A stretch of 64,000 nucleotides of DNA from Candidatus Taylorbacteria bacterium RIFCSPHIGHO2_01_FULL_51_15 (GTDB lineage Bacteria > Patescibacteriota > Minisyncoccia > Phycocordibacterales > UBA10002), in contig MHRI01000030.1 of NCBI GenBank assembly GCA_001820935.1, forward strand, positions 2,734 through 66,733, in the 5' to 3' direction. The notes beneath the pieces were generated by a model, which saw nothing but the letters and a program-made list of their open reading frames with translations, had not been told where the DNA came from and did not search any database. Made by a program: the position numbers and the translations under genes. Shown piece by piece: positions 16,825 to 26,751 of this stretch (position 1 is its first letter; every line of letters starts with the position of its first letter).

Positions 16825-17867
16825 AACTACTCATCGTTACGCAAAAAGTAGATGCCGCCGACAGCAACTTAGGCTTTTTCATCCAGTGGATAAGAATGTT
16901 TGCAAAGTACGCGGAGCAGGTGACGGTCATTTGTCTCGAAAAGGGGGTCTATGAGCTTCCGCCTAACGTCAGCGTGTTTTCACTCGGAAAAGAGATAAGA
17001 AAAAGAGGCCGCTCTCTCTACGCGTTTCGCTTTCTAAGATACGCGTTTTCCTTGCGGCACACGTATGAGAGCGTATTTATTCACATGAATCCGGAGTACG
17101 CGATATTGGGGGGTCTCCTGTGGAAGCTTCTTAACAAAAGAGTTGCTCTCTGGTATGTACACAAAAAAGTTGATGCCAAACTGCGTCTCGCGGAAAAGTA
17201 TGTTGATCGGATTTTTACCGCCTCGAAAGAAAGCCTCCGGCTTCCGAGCAAGAAGTGCTCCGTCATAGGGCATGGCATCGATATGGAGCTTTTTTCCGGG
17301 AGGAGGAAGGATGCGGCGATGGGGGCGAAACTTCGATTGCTTACGGTTGGGCGCATCGCTCCGGTGAAAGATCTTCGCACACTTATACTTGGTTACGCGC
17401 TCCTCAAGCGTACAGGAGAAGCAGCGGAACTTTCCATAGTGGGCGAACCGATCACCGACATTGACCTTCGCTACAAACAGGAGCTTGCGCATTTCATCGA
17501 AGAACAACATGTGTCCGCGCACGTCCATTTCTTAGGGTCAGTCCCTTTTTCGTCCTTACCTACCGTGTATAATGAGCATTCAGCTTTCATACACGCGAGT
17601 CGTACCGGAAGCATCGACAAAACAGTGCTTGAAGCACTCGCGTCAGGTCTCACGGTGTTTACCTCCAGCGAAGCATTTTCGGGAGGCATCCCAGGCGTTT
17701 TTACATTCACCGCCGGTGATTCCTCGGATTTGGCGACTCAGCTTGAATTAGCCTTTCTAAAAGGGAAGATATCTTATAATAGCGCTGGTAGAGAGTGGGT
17801 GAGGGAGCATCATGACCTTGGCAACTGTATTGAGAAAGTAGCTAACTTTTTAAGCACACTCCCATGA
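16821..17867 (+). CDS. Glycosyltransferase family 4
   Basis: VGRIAPVKDL and 'SRTGSIDKTVLEALASG' motifs. Confidence 0.88.
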   Translation: MKLLIVTQKVDAADSNLGFFIQWIRMFAKYAEQVTVICLEKGVYELPPNVSVFSLGKEIRKRGRSLYAFRFLRYAFSLRHTYESVFIHMNPEYAILGGLLWKLLNKRVALWYVHKKVDAKLRLAEKYVDRIFTASKESLRLPSKKCSVIGHGIDMELFSGRRKDAAMGAKLRLLTVGRIAPVKDLRTLILGYALLKRTGEAAELSIVGEPITDIDLRYKQELAHFIEEQHVSAHVHFLGSVPFSSLPTVYNEHSAFIHASRTGSIDKTVLEALASGLTVFTSSEAFSGGIPGVFTFTAGDSSDLATQLELAFLKGKISYNSAGREWVREHHDLGNCIEKVANFLSTLP

Positions 17868-18538
17868 CACATGTTTCTCTTAGTGAAGTGCTTTTTGAGG
17901 TGGTGCGGGGAAAGGCTATCAGTCGGACACTCACCAATGTATTTTGGAAAGGACGTGCTGTATGTTCCGGGCGCATCCTCGATGTCGGGGGAGGTGGCCA
18001 TGCCAGTCACTACCGTTTTTTGGATGTTGATAAAAATGCTTCGATTAAAGTCGTTGACGTCATCCCTCGAGTGGGGACAGATTTCGTCCTTGATATCACA
18101 AGTGAGCGTGTTCCGCTTCCGGATGGTTCACAAGATTTCATATTCATGTTCAATATTCTGGAACACATTTTCGAGCACAAAGAGGTGCTCACCGAAGCTC
18201 ACCGCTTGCTCGCCCCCCGAGGCACACTTCTTGGCACTATCCCATTTTTAATTAATGTGCATCCCGACCCACACGACTATGTCCGTTTTACGAAGGAGGC
18301 GCTTTCGCGCATCTTTGAAGAAAGCGGTTTTTCCGTGGAAATTATCGAGCCGATAGGCAGAGGCCCCTTTCTCGCCGGCTACGAACAGCTCGATATGCTC
18401 ATCTGGAACCCGCTCCATCTTCTGTTTCTACCCATTGTCTGGTGCTTAGACGGCCTTCTTGCGTTTCTTCGTCCGAAGCGAGATTTCCGGGCGCAATTTC
18501 CGCTCGCGTACAACTTCATCGTCAAAAGAATCGTTTAA
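17864..18538 (+). CDS. Class I SAM-dependent methyltransferase
   Basis: ILDVGGG, NILEHI and 'HPDPHDYVRFT' motifs. Confidence 0.85.
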   Translation: MTHVSLSEVLFEVVRGKAISRTLTNVFWKGRAVCSGRILDVGGGGHASHYRFLDVDKNASIKVVDVIPRVGTDFVLDITSERVPLPDGSQDFIFMFNILEHIFEHKEVLTEAHRLLAPRGTLLGTIPFLINVHPDPHDYVRFTKEALSRIFEESGFSVEIIEPIGRGPFLAGYEQLDMLIWNPLHLLFLPIVWCLDGLLAFLRPKRDFRAQFPLAYNFIVKRIV

Positions 18539-18543
18539 ATGGT

Positions 18544-20370
18544 ATGTGCTCCATTAACGGATTCACCTGGCAGGAGAGAGAACTGATTGCGCGTATGAAT
18601 AAAGAGACCTCGCATCGGGGACCTGATGGAACGGGTATTTTCGTAGCGACCGGCATTTCACTTGGGCACAACCGGCTTGCCATCATTGACCTCTCCGAAT
18701 CTGGGGCTCAGCCCATGCAGGGGAGCGGTGGACGGTTCGTGCTTATCTTTAACGGGGAGATTTACAACTACCGTGAACTTAAAAAGGAACTTGTTTCCTA
18801 CCCATTCAAGGGCGAGAGCGATACTGAAGTAGTCCTCGCGGCGTATGAAGCGTGGGGCGAGAAGGCTTTCGCGCGTTTGCAGGGTATGTTCGCCTTGGCG
18901 CTCTGGGACAGGGAAAAGCAAGAACTTCTACTCGCGCGGGATCCTATGGGCATCAAACCGCTTTATTATCATTTCACGGGTGGTAGACTCATTTTTTCCT
19001 CGGAGATCAAGGCAATTCTCGAACACGACATTCCGCGCCGCATTGACCCGCAGGCGCTCGACCTGTACCTTCGAGTACTCTATGTTCCTGCTCCGATGAC
19101 GATGTTTGAGAACGTGAAGAAGCTCTCACCAGGCCACGTACTCTCATGGAAGGGGGGATCTTGTTCGATCAAGCCATTTGCGCGCAGGAAATCACCTGTG
19201 CTTTCTTCAAAATCATTCGTCGAACTTAAAACCGAGGCTCGGGCGAGAGTACATGAGAGCGTCCGTAAGGAGCTTGTCTCTGACCGACCCTTAGGGCTGT
19301 ACCTTTCTGGAGGTATTGATTCAAGCGCGGTGCTCGAATCTATGAGTGTGGCACAAGGACGGGTGGAAACCTTTTCTGTCGGCTTCGAGCTTCGGGTGGG
19401 AGAGCAGCGAGAAAAGTTCAACGCGGACTTCGAACTCGCTCGTCGTACCGCAGCCCATTTCGGCGCGAGGCACCACGAAGTACTTGTTTCTCCAAGCGAA
19501 ATTGTCTCACTTTTTGAGGAGGCGATCTTCCACCTCGATGAGCCGAGCGCGAACGCTACGATCATTCCACAGCTCGCGCTCGCGCGCTTTGCCAAAGCCC
19601 ACGTGGCGGTAGTACTTGGCGGGGACGGGGGAGATGAGCTGCTGGGAGGCTATGAGCGGTATCGACTCTCCCGTATCTCCTCTCTGTATCGGCGGTTCCC
19701 GAAGATTCTGCGGAAAATCGGGCGACTGGTCGTCCCCTCGCTTTCGAAGCTTGATACGGCACCCGGCATAGAGCGATTCGCGCAATTCCATTTTATAAAA
19801 GAACCCACACTCTCGAGGCTTCTCAAAGAGGGAGCTTATCATCCTCGGGTTGCACACGATTTCTTCGTCGAACATTTCTTTAGGGAGGTGCAAGAGCCGT
19901 TCGAAACGCAGTTTATGGAGACGGATCGTCAAAGTTGGCTTGTTGACGAGTCGCTCCTTCGAAGTGACAAACTCTCGATGGCCGCGGGGCTTGAAGCACG
20001 AGTGCCGCTTCTCGATCTTCCACTCATTCAGTTTGCCGATACCATCTCACTTCACCATAAAGTTTCGCTTACCAATACCAAGATCATTCTCAAAGAAGCA
20101 TTTCGAGACGTACTCCCGAAGGAACTCCTCCATCAACCTAAACGTGGGTGGTTCTCGCCGGGAGCCAAGTGGCTCCGCTACCCCCATTTTTCCGCATATG
20201 CACGGGAGGTTCTTTCTCCCAACTATACGCAAGCAACGAGACATCTTTTCAACTGGGACGAGGTTCAGAGGCGCCTCGAAGGGCACCTCCGCGGCGAGTA
20301 TCATGCCACGATTTTATTTGCGCTTCTTGGGTTGCAAATCTGGGCGAAAGAGTTTGACGTATCGGGCTGA
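18544..20370 (+). CDS. asnB: Asparagine synthase (glutamine-hydrolysing)-like amidotransferase, probably glycan amidation
   Basis: N-terminal Met-Cys (MCSING), HRGPD, GHNRLAIIDL, FNGEIYN, LSGGIDSS and GDGGDEL motifs. Confidence 0.92.
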   Translation: MCSINGFTWQERELIARMNKETSHRGPDGTGIFVATGISLGHNRLAIIDLSESGAQPMQGSGGRFVLIFNGEIYNYRELKKELVSYPFKGESDTEVVLAAYEAWGEKAFARLQGMFALALWDREKQELLLARDPMGIKPLYYHFTGGRLIFSSEIKAILEHDIPRRIDPQALDLYLRVLYVPAPMTMFENVKKLSPGHVLSWKGGSCSIKPFARRKSPVLSSKSFVELKTEARARVHESVRKELVSDRPLGLYLSGGIDSSAVLESMSVAQGRVETFSVGFELRVGEQREKFNADFELARRTAAHFGARHHEVLVSPSEIVSLFEEAIFHLDEPSANATIIPQLALARFAKAHVAVVLGGDGGDELLGGYERYRLSRISSLYRRFPKILRKIGRLVVPSLSKLDTAPGIERFAQFHFIKEPTLSRLLKEGAYHPRVAHDFFVEHFFREVQEPFETQFMETDRQSWLVDESLLRSDKLSMAAGLEARVPLLDLPLIQFADTISLHHKVSLTNTKIILKEAFRDVLPKELLHQPKRGWFSPGAKWLRYPHFSAYAREVLSPNYTQATRHLFNWDEVQRRLEGHLRGEYHATILFALLGLQIWAKEFDVSG

Positions 20371-20396
20371 GCACCCCATGAAGGCGGGAGAAATTC

Positions 20397-20425
20397 TTGA
20401 CTCGTGACCACATCTGTAGTATACT
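20397..20425 (+). promoter_or_regulatory. Sigma70-type promoter
   Basis: TTGACT (20397-20402), 17-nt spacer, TATACT (20420-20425). Confidence 0.65.
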
Positions 20426-20583
20426 TTTTATCAGTTCTTTGATAGTTCGCCATGGCCAAGAAGGACTTGAAATTAGGTACTTTTTGGCTGTGGCGGAACA
20501 ACTTCGCTACACATCTAACCAATGTCTGCTTTCGGTGGCGATATATTCGTCGCTTCGAGTGGGCACAACGAAAGGAGAAAGTT

Positions 20584-21222
20584 ATGGGTAACATACTACC
20601 TGTGACCAGTAATCAAGGTGATGCCATTCGTGATATGGCCAATGAAAAAGGTGTCGGCCGCACAAAGTGGCAAAGGGCGCATGATGACAAGAGGTGGTCT
20701 AAGTTTCTGGACAGCCTCAAAGAGCCTGTCCCACCTGAAGGCGCTCGAATCTTCATTCTTCGCGCTACGGTCAAACTCGATCAGCCCTGGCCGGAAGCGG
20801 TTACTGCCGCCGGGCCCAACACACCAGGTCACTACAATGTCCATAAAGTCAGCGGCCTTTACGTCCCGACCGGATCTGGACGAGAGGAACGTGAGTACGT
20901 TCTATTGAACCATCCAAACGGTGATGGCGATTGGAATAAGGCACTCCTGTGGGCAAAGGAGGAAGAATTGGTGCAGACCGTCCCGCGCGAGGCGTTCGTC
21001 ATCGGCGCAGAGCATCCCACACTTCACAATACGCTCGGAATGAATCACATGCGTGTGGTCGCAACCACGGAGTGTACCTTTGGGGGCGGTCGGCAGGCGT
21101 GCTGTGTGTGGTGGAACGGCGCGAGGCGCGAGGCGCGCCTCTTCTACGTGTCCTACTTCGTCGACGCCTTTGGCTGGTTTCTCTTCCGCAAGAAGTCCTC
21201 GGTTTTAGACACTAAGTCCTAG
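20584..21222 (+). CDS. Putative DGR target (variable) protein with a CLec-like C-terminus
   Basis: SD aaggag before ATG 20584; C-terminal 'RQACCVWWNGARREARLFYVSYFVDAFGWFLFRK' has the pattern of CPR DGR variable regions; this segment is A-depleted and NNC/NNT-rich. Confidence 0.65.
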   Translation: MGNILPVTSNQGDAIRDMANEKGVGRTKWQRAHDDKRWSKFLDSLKEPVPPEGARIFILRATVKLDQPWPEAVTAAGPNTPGHYNVHKVSGLYVPTGSGREEREYVLLNHPNGDGDWNKALLWAKEEELVQTVPREAFVIGAEHPTLHNTLGMNHMRVVATTECTFGGGRQACCVWWNGARREARLFYVSYFVDAFGWFLFRKKSSVLDTKS

Positions 21223-21253
21223 CCCTCGGTCTCTTGGCTTTGACTTTCTTCGC

Positions 21254-21285
21254 AGAACCCCGATTAACACCCGGGGTTTCTTTTT
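21254..21285 (+). terminator. Hairpin/terminator after the putative DGR target
   Basis: aaccccg-attaacacc-cggggtt followed by tcttttt. Confidence 0.7.
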
Positions 21286-21373
21286 ATATGTCGTATCTTG
21301 GATTGTTAAGACACGGAAATACTTTCAAGCTACAAAAGCTGGTTGAAGCGAGTTATAGTTAGCGCTCATACCT

Positions 21374-22447
21374 ATGGTCAACGTTTACATCGAAACAAAG
21401 GACGCGCCAGAGCTCACTCCCATGCTCGTGTTCTGGCCGAACTATCGCTTCGCGTTTAAAGAAAAAGCCGTTTTTTCTCCCGAAATTATGGCGTCCTATA
21501 CGACTCCCTTCTTCACGATCGTGCCCGGGCTGGAGGCGGCTGATTTTATAGCTGTTCCATATCACTATTTCGATGTGCTCGACTACGCTCCCAAATACTT
21601 AGCGTATGTGTATGCTCTCGGAAAGACGACTCAAAAGAAGGTACTTCTTTTCGACTACACTGATTATGTTGAACGGGAGATACACGTTCCTTCGCACGCC
21701 ATCCTATTTCGCGTTTCTGCTTACCGTCACCACAAGAAAGAAAACGAAATCATTATGCCGTACTTTGTCGAAGACATCGGTCGGAATTATTCCTTTGAGC
21801 AGAAGCCGAAAGGGGAGAAACCAACGGTAGGGTATTGCGGACAGTCTCGCTTTGGAGGCACCACTCGAAAGTGGAAGGCGGGTGTGAAGTGGCTTCTCTC
21901 ACTCTTTCTCTTATACTTGCGCCTTGATGTAAAGCCACACGTCCACATGCGCGGAATCTTCTGGCGGAGGAGAGCGCTCCAAGTCCTCTCCAAGAGTAAA
22001 AGCATCGTTTCTCGCATCATCGAACGGGACTTTTATTCCCTCTATCGCGCAATCCCTTTCGATGCAAAGACAATACGAAGGGAGTATGTGGAGAATCTAA
22101 GGGAAAATGTACTAGCACTCTCGGTGCGTGGTGATGCCAACGCTTCCCAGAGGTTTTATGAGGCACTCTCTGCTGGAAGGATCCCGCTTTTTCTTGACAC
22201 CGATTGCGTCTTACCCCTTGAAGAAATCATTGACTATAGCCGCATTATACTTCGCGTACCCGCACAGGAGGTCGATGCTATTTCAAGGCGAGTCACTGTC
22301 TGGCACGCTTTAGTATCGGAAGGCGATGTACTCCAGGCAGGCAGGGAGGCAAGAGAGGTGTATGAACGGTACTTGCGCCTAGAGAAGTTTTTCTCCATTG
22401 TCTTTGATCGAGAAAAGAGTCCGTATAAAAAATTGTTATTCCGATGA
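21374..22447 (+). CDS. Exostosin (GT47)-like protein
   Basis: 'LSVRGDANASQRFYEALSAGRIPLFLDTDCVLP'. Confidence 0.75.
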   Translation: MVNVYIETKDAPELTPMLVFWPNYRFAFKEKAVFSPEIMASYTTPFFTIVPGLEAADFIAVPYHYFDVLDYAPKYLAYVYALGKTTQKKVLLFDYTDYVEREIHVPSHAILFRVSAYRHHKKENEIIMPYFVEDIGRNYSFEQKPKGEKPTVGYCGQSRFGGTTRKWKAGVKWLLSLFLLYLRLDVKPHVHMRGIFWRRRALQVLSKSKSIVSRIIERDFYSLYRAIPFDAKTIRREYVENLRENVLALSVRGDANASQRFYEALSAGRIPLFLDTDCVLPLEEIIDYSRIILRVPAQEVDAISRRVTVWHALVSEGDVLQAGREAREVYERYLRLEKFFSIVFDREKSPYKKLLFR

Positions 22448-23544
22448 GCGCATTTTTTTACATCGCTAATATCCGATTTCCCACTGAACGCGCGCATGGA
22501 ATTCAGGTCGCGAAAATGTGCGAAGCGCTCGGAGAGAATGGCGCCAAGGTCACCTTACTGGTTCCAGACAGAAAGACCTTCGCTGGTGATCCATTTTCCT
22601 ATTATGGGACTCGGCATAATTTTCAGGTCGAGAAAATATCGGTACCGGATGTGGTATCTCTCGGGAGGATAGGGTTTCTCTTTGAGTCGGTCCTGTTCGC
22701 GTATCGTGCCGCAAAAAGGCTTCGAACTCAAAATGAAGCGCTCATCTATACGCGCGAGGAACTACCGCTTCTTTTTTTACCCAAAAAGAGTGCCTTTTAT
22801 GAAATGCATCAACTTCGCGGAAGCTTCCTCGCCAGGCTTTTACTCAAAAGAGCCAAGCGTATCATCGTAATCTCGAACGGGCTTAAAGAGGCTCTTTTTT
22901 ACATCGGCTACCCTCGCGAACGGGTAGCGGTGGCACATGACGGTTTCGATGAAAGAGAGTTCGGGGTGCGGCTTTCAAAAGGGGAGGCGCGAGCGCGTCT
23001 TACACTTCCCAAAGAAGCGAAACTCGCTATGTATATCGGAGGCTTTGAGGTATGGAAGGGGCTTCGCACACTCCTCGATGCCGCAAGGTTGCTCAAGGAA
23101 AGGGGCATCAATGTCGCGGTTATCGGAGGCACTGAATTCGAAAATAACTCTCTTTCGATCAAATATCCCGAGGTGCGCTTTTTAGGCTATCGTCCATACA
23201 CGGAACTTGCCTTCAATCAACAAGCGGCCGATGTACTCGTAATCCCCAATTCAGGGCGAGAGAGAATCTCTCGCGAGTTCACTTCTCCGCTCAAACTTTT
23301 TGCCCACATGGCATCGGGACGCCCTATCGTTGCTTCTCGTCTGCCCTCCTTATGCGAAGTTCTTTCAGATGAGAGTGCCTATCTTGTCCCCCCTAATGAT
23401 CCCACAGCTCTCGCCGAAGGCATCCGCACCGCGTGTGAACGAGAGGAAGAGAGTGAGAGAAAAGCGGCGGTGGCAAATAGCAGAGTACGGGAGTTTACCT
23501 GGGTCAAGCGGGCCAAAGACATACTCGCTTTCATCGAAGATTAA
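22444..23544 (+). CDS. Glycosyltransferase family 4
   Basis: 'RFPTERAHGIQVAKMCEAL', 'TSPLKLFAHMASGRPIVAS'. Confidence 0.9.
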   Translation: MSAFFYIANIRFPTERAHGIQVAKMCEALGENGAKVTLLVPDRKTFAGDPFSYYGTRHNFQVEKISVPDVVSLGRIGFLFESVLFAYRAAKRLRTQNEALIYTREELPLLFLPKKSAFYEMHQLRGSFLARLLLKRAKRIIVISNGLKEALFYIGYPRERVAVAHDGFDEREFGVRLSKGEARARLTLPKEAKLAMYIGGFEVWKGLRTLLDAARLLKERGINVAVIGGTEFENNSLSIKYPEVRFLGYRPYTELAFNQQAADVLVIPNSGRERISREFTSPLKLFAHMASGRPIVASRLPSLCEVLSDESAYLVPPNDPTALAEGIRTACEREEESERKAAVANSRVREFTWVKRAKDILAFIED

Positions 23545-23564
23545 GCCTATAATTTCTTACGCGC

Positions 23565-24566
23565 ATGCATCCATACTCGAACATTCTCGTGACTGGCGGA
23601 GCCGGATTTATCGGCAGTCATTTTATAAGGTTTCTCCTTTCCACGTATCCTCACATTACGGTGGTCAATGTTGATCTGCTCACGTATTGCGGGAATCTTG
23701 AGAATGTGAAAGACGTCTCGAACGACCCTCGGTACCATTTCCGCAAAGCCGACATCGGAGATCTTGAAGCAATGGAGAAAATACTTACAGAGTTTTGTAT
23801 CGATTGCATCGTCAATTTTGCCGCGGAGTCTGATAACAATAAGGCCGTTCTCTCGCCGCTCGACTTCGTGAAGACCAACGTTCTTGGCACCGCAACCCTT
23901 CTTTCGGCGGCACGGAAGACCTCGGTAAAACGTTTTCACCACATCTCAACCTGTGAGGTGTTTGGAGAACTCCCCCTTACCAGCCCTGAACGTTTCGTCG
24001 AGGAATCTCCTTATCGGCCGCGCACTCCCTACAACGCATCGAAGGCGTCGAGCGATCTTTTCGTCAAAAGCTACTACCACACCTTTGGCTTACCCGTCAC
24101 GATAAGCTATTCGGCAAATAATTATGGAACGCACCAGTTCCCGGAAAAAGTAATACCGGTATTCACGCTTAAAGCGCTTAAGAATGAGCCGCTTCCACTC
24201 TTTGCATCAACGGGACACAAGCGAGAATGGATACACGTGCTCGACCACTCTAAGGCAATCGATCTTATCTTGCAAAAGGGCGTCATCGGAGAGAGCTACA
24301 ACATTGGTACGGGTTTTGAGAAAACGATCAGTGAAATTGCGGCAGACATCTTAGGTATATTGCATAAACCTAAAAGCATGACGACCATCGTTCCGGACCG
24401 GCTCGGGCACGACTCTCGCTATCTTCTCGATTCAAGCAAAGTTCGGGCACTTGGTTGGAAGCCGGAAATTGTCTGGGAGAAAGGTCTTGCCGAAACAGTG
24501 GAGTGGTATGCGAAGAATGCACAGTGGTGGGAGCCGCTCCTCGCGAGGTCCCACTCCTGGAAATGA
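23565..24566 (+). CDS. rfbB: dTDP-glucose 4,6-dehydratase
   Basis: VTGGAGFIGS, DLLTYCGN, VNFAAES, YNASKAS, FPEKVIP and GHDSRY motifs; note ISTCEV in place of ISTDEV. Confidence 0.88.
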   Translation: MHPYSNILVTGGAGFIGSHFIRFLLSTYPHITVVNVDLLTYCGNLENVKDVSNDPRYHFRKADIGDLEAMEKILTEFCIDCIVNFAAESDNNKAVLSPLDFVKTNVLGTATLLSAARKTSVKRFHHISTCEVFGELPLTSPERFVEESPYRPRTPYNASKASSDLFVKSYYHTFGLPVTISYSANNYGTHQFPEKVIPVFTLKALKNEPLPLFASTGHKREWIHVLDHSKAIDLILQKGVIGESYNIGTGFEKTISEIAADILGILHKPKSMTTIVPDRLGHDSRYLLDSSKVRALGWKPEIVWEKGLAETVEWYAKNAQWWEPLLARSHSWK

Positions 24567-26041
24567 ATGAAACTATGGACGACACAGCTCCAAACGCACA
24601 AAGGTTCAACTGGGAGAGAGTGGCGGTGAGCGCGATAGTACTCTTTGCGTTACTATTTTCTCTTCGAGGCCTCACTTCCTACCCCGCGTTTTGGTTTGAC
24701 GAAGCACTCAATATTCAGGCGGGGCGGAATCTTTCGGAATACGGCTTCCTCAACCTCGAGGTCGCGCCCGGCGTTCCCTATGAGAAGCCATATCACTTAA
24801 CTACGGGGTATCCTGTCATCGCGCCGCTTGCCGCTCTTTTCTCGATGGTTGGATTTGACTTCGCGTACGCGCGGCTGTACATGATCGGCTGGTTGCTCCT
24901 CTTTCTATATTCAGCGTACCTTCTTGCTCGAGCGCATTTCGGGCCGACGATGGCACTCTTATCCTTGCTTCTTCTCGCGACTTTCGCGCCGGTGTATGGC
25001 AATGGTGAAACTGTTATCGCGGAAGTTCCCGCCATGGCGCTCTTTTTTCTCGGGCTGTTTTCCCTCAAGAAAGCTTCCTATCGGCCTCCCTTCATCTTTC
25101 TTGCGGGTCTCCTACTTGGTCTTGCCGCCGCGATAAAACCTATCTATTTTTTGATCGCTCCGGCTCTTTTACTCTCCGCGATTCTGAAGAGAAACGAATT
25201 ATCTTTCCGGAGCGAATGGTTGCTTTGGGTAGGGTTCCTTCTTCCGGTTCTGTTGTATGTCTTCACGATCATTCCTCCTAGCGACGCGCTAGAAGAGAGT
25301 GGGTCGATACTTTCTTTTTGGCAGAGTCGCACGGCGCAGGGACATCTATTAGAAAATATCAGCGCAAATGTGATACGGATGTTCAAGGAGAGTTCTCTCT
25401 TATACACGCTCCTCTTAAGCATACTTGTCTCGTGTACTATCCCCTGGAGAAAAATAATGAAGGGAGAAGTATCACGGTCGCTTCTAATACTTGGGACCTA
25501 CGGTATGCTCATCTTACTTTTCTTTCTCCAAAGTATCGGCTGGAATCGATATCTTCTCTTTTTTCAGGCCATCGTACTTTTGAGTGTACCACCCTCTCTC
25601 CTTAGGCTTCGGTTACATTTCCCCGCACTTAGCTCCTTCTTCTCGGAGAGAGCGCGACAACTTCTGCTTTGCAGTCTCATTGTCATGCAAACGGTACATC
25701 TTTTCTTCTTTGCCACAATCTTTAAAGGTACTGGCGCGGACGATTTCTCCTCCCTTCTTAGCAAAGCTCCTTTTGGGAGTATCTATGTCGTCAACTCCGC
25801 GGAAGGAGCAGCTTTCGTCCCGCCCTCGCGGCTCTACCACTATTTTGATTTCTTTGAATCAAATCCTCCCATGGAAAATCGTCTCTCGAACCTTGAGAGA
25901 GAACGTTTTGCGCATCTCCTTTTCGATCTTGATGATAAAAATGTGTTGCCGTATCTCTCCACAATTGAGAGACTCTACGAGCGAGTGGGGGAGGCACAAG
26001 GCGTGACACTTTTTAGTTTAAAGGTTGCTCAAAATCTGTAG
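24563..26041 (+). CDS. GT-C fold (ArnT/PMT-like) integral membrane glycosyltransferase
   Basis: 'FWFDEA' after TM1, multiple TM helices, 'GLAAAIKP'. Confidence 0.75.
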   Translation: MNETMDDTAPNAQRFNWERVAVSAIVLFALLFSLRGLTSYPAFWFDEALNIQAGRNLSEYGFLNLEVAPGVPYEKPYHLTTGYPVIAPLAALFSMVGFDFAYARLYMIGWLLLFLYSAYLLARAHFGPTMALLSLLLLATFAPVYGNGETVIAEVPAMALFFLGLFSLKKASYRPPFIFLAGLLLGLAAAIKPIYFLIAPALLLSAILKRNELSFRSEWLLWVGFLLPVLLYVFTIIPPSDALEESGSILSFWQSRTAQGHLLENISANVIRMFKESSLLYTLLLSILVSCTIPWRKIMKGEVSRSLLILGTYGMLILLFFLQSIGWNRYLLFFQAIVLLSVPPSLLRLRLHFPALSSFFSERARQLLLCSLIVMQTVHLFFFATIFKGTGADDFSSLLSKAPFGSIYVVNSAEGAAFVPPSRLYHYFDFFESNPPMENRLSNLERERFAHLLFDLDDKNVLPYLSTIERLYERVGEAQGVTLFSLKVAQNL

Positions 26042-26043
26042 AC

Positions 26044-26751
26044 CTAGAGCATCTTCCATGGAGCGAGGACCCCTTCACTAATGATGTTAAGCGACATCTT
26101 TGAGGTGCCGGCAGTCCGATTTTTGAAAACGATTGGGATTTCTCTCACGCGCGCGCCGGCTTTGTACAGGAGGTACTTTAGATGGATAATGAACGCGTAT
26201 CCAGAAAGGTTGATCGTATCGAAGTTTACGGTGGAGAGTATCTTCGCACTGATCGCATTGTACCCGGTAGTGCAGTCCTTGAAAGGAGCGCCAATAATTG
26301 TACGAGCATAAAGATTCGCGAAACGAGACAGGAGTCGCCGCCACAGCTCCCAGCCTATTGTCGCGCCGCCGGGTATGTAGCGCGATCCGATGACGAGATC
26401 ATACTCTGATCGAAGAGCCAGCATTTCTTTAAGGTGCTTCGGATCATGCGAAAGATCGGCATCCATCATGATAAGCGTGGATATTTGAGGATCCTTTAGT
26501 GCTTCCTCGAACCCCTGTACGTACGCTTTTCCGAGCCCTTCTTTCCTCCGTCGCGATAGGAGACGTAGTCCCGAGTACGTCTTCTTAAGTTTCTGTATCG
26601 CTTCCGCGGTGCCGTCCGGAGAGTTATCATCCACGACGAGAACGTGAATCTCTGGAACAAGACTAAAAATTGCGGGAATGAGATTCTCCACATTTTCTTT
26701 CTCATTATAAGTTGGAATCACCACGATTGCCCCGCGTTCACCATCATTCAT
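26044..26751 (-). CDS. Polyprenol-phosphate glycosyl (mannose) synthase, GT2
   Basis: IPTYNEKEN, VDDNSPDGT, MDADLSHDP and GSRYIPGG motifs. Confidence 0.92.
   Translation of the reverse strand: MNDGERGAIVVIPTYNEKENVENLIPAIFSLVPEIHVLVVDDNSPDGTAEAIQKLKKTYSGLRLLSRRRKEGLGKAYVQGFEEALKDPQISTLIMMDADLSHDPKHLKEMLALRSEYDLVIGSRYIPGGATIGWELWRRLLSRFANLYARTIIGAPFKDCTTGYNAISAKILSTVNFDTINLSGYAFIIHLKYLLYKAGARVREIPIVFKNRTAGTSKMSLNIISEGVLAPWKML

Noticed and set aside
20371-21373. Complete DGR (template repeat, RT, avd) in the window
   Set aside because: No second copy of the variable region and no reverse transcriptase motifs were found by eye; only a candidate target is reported.
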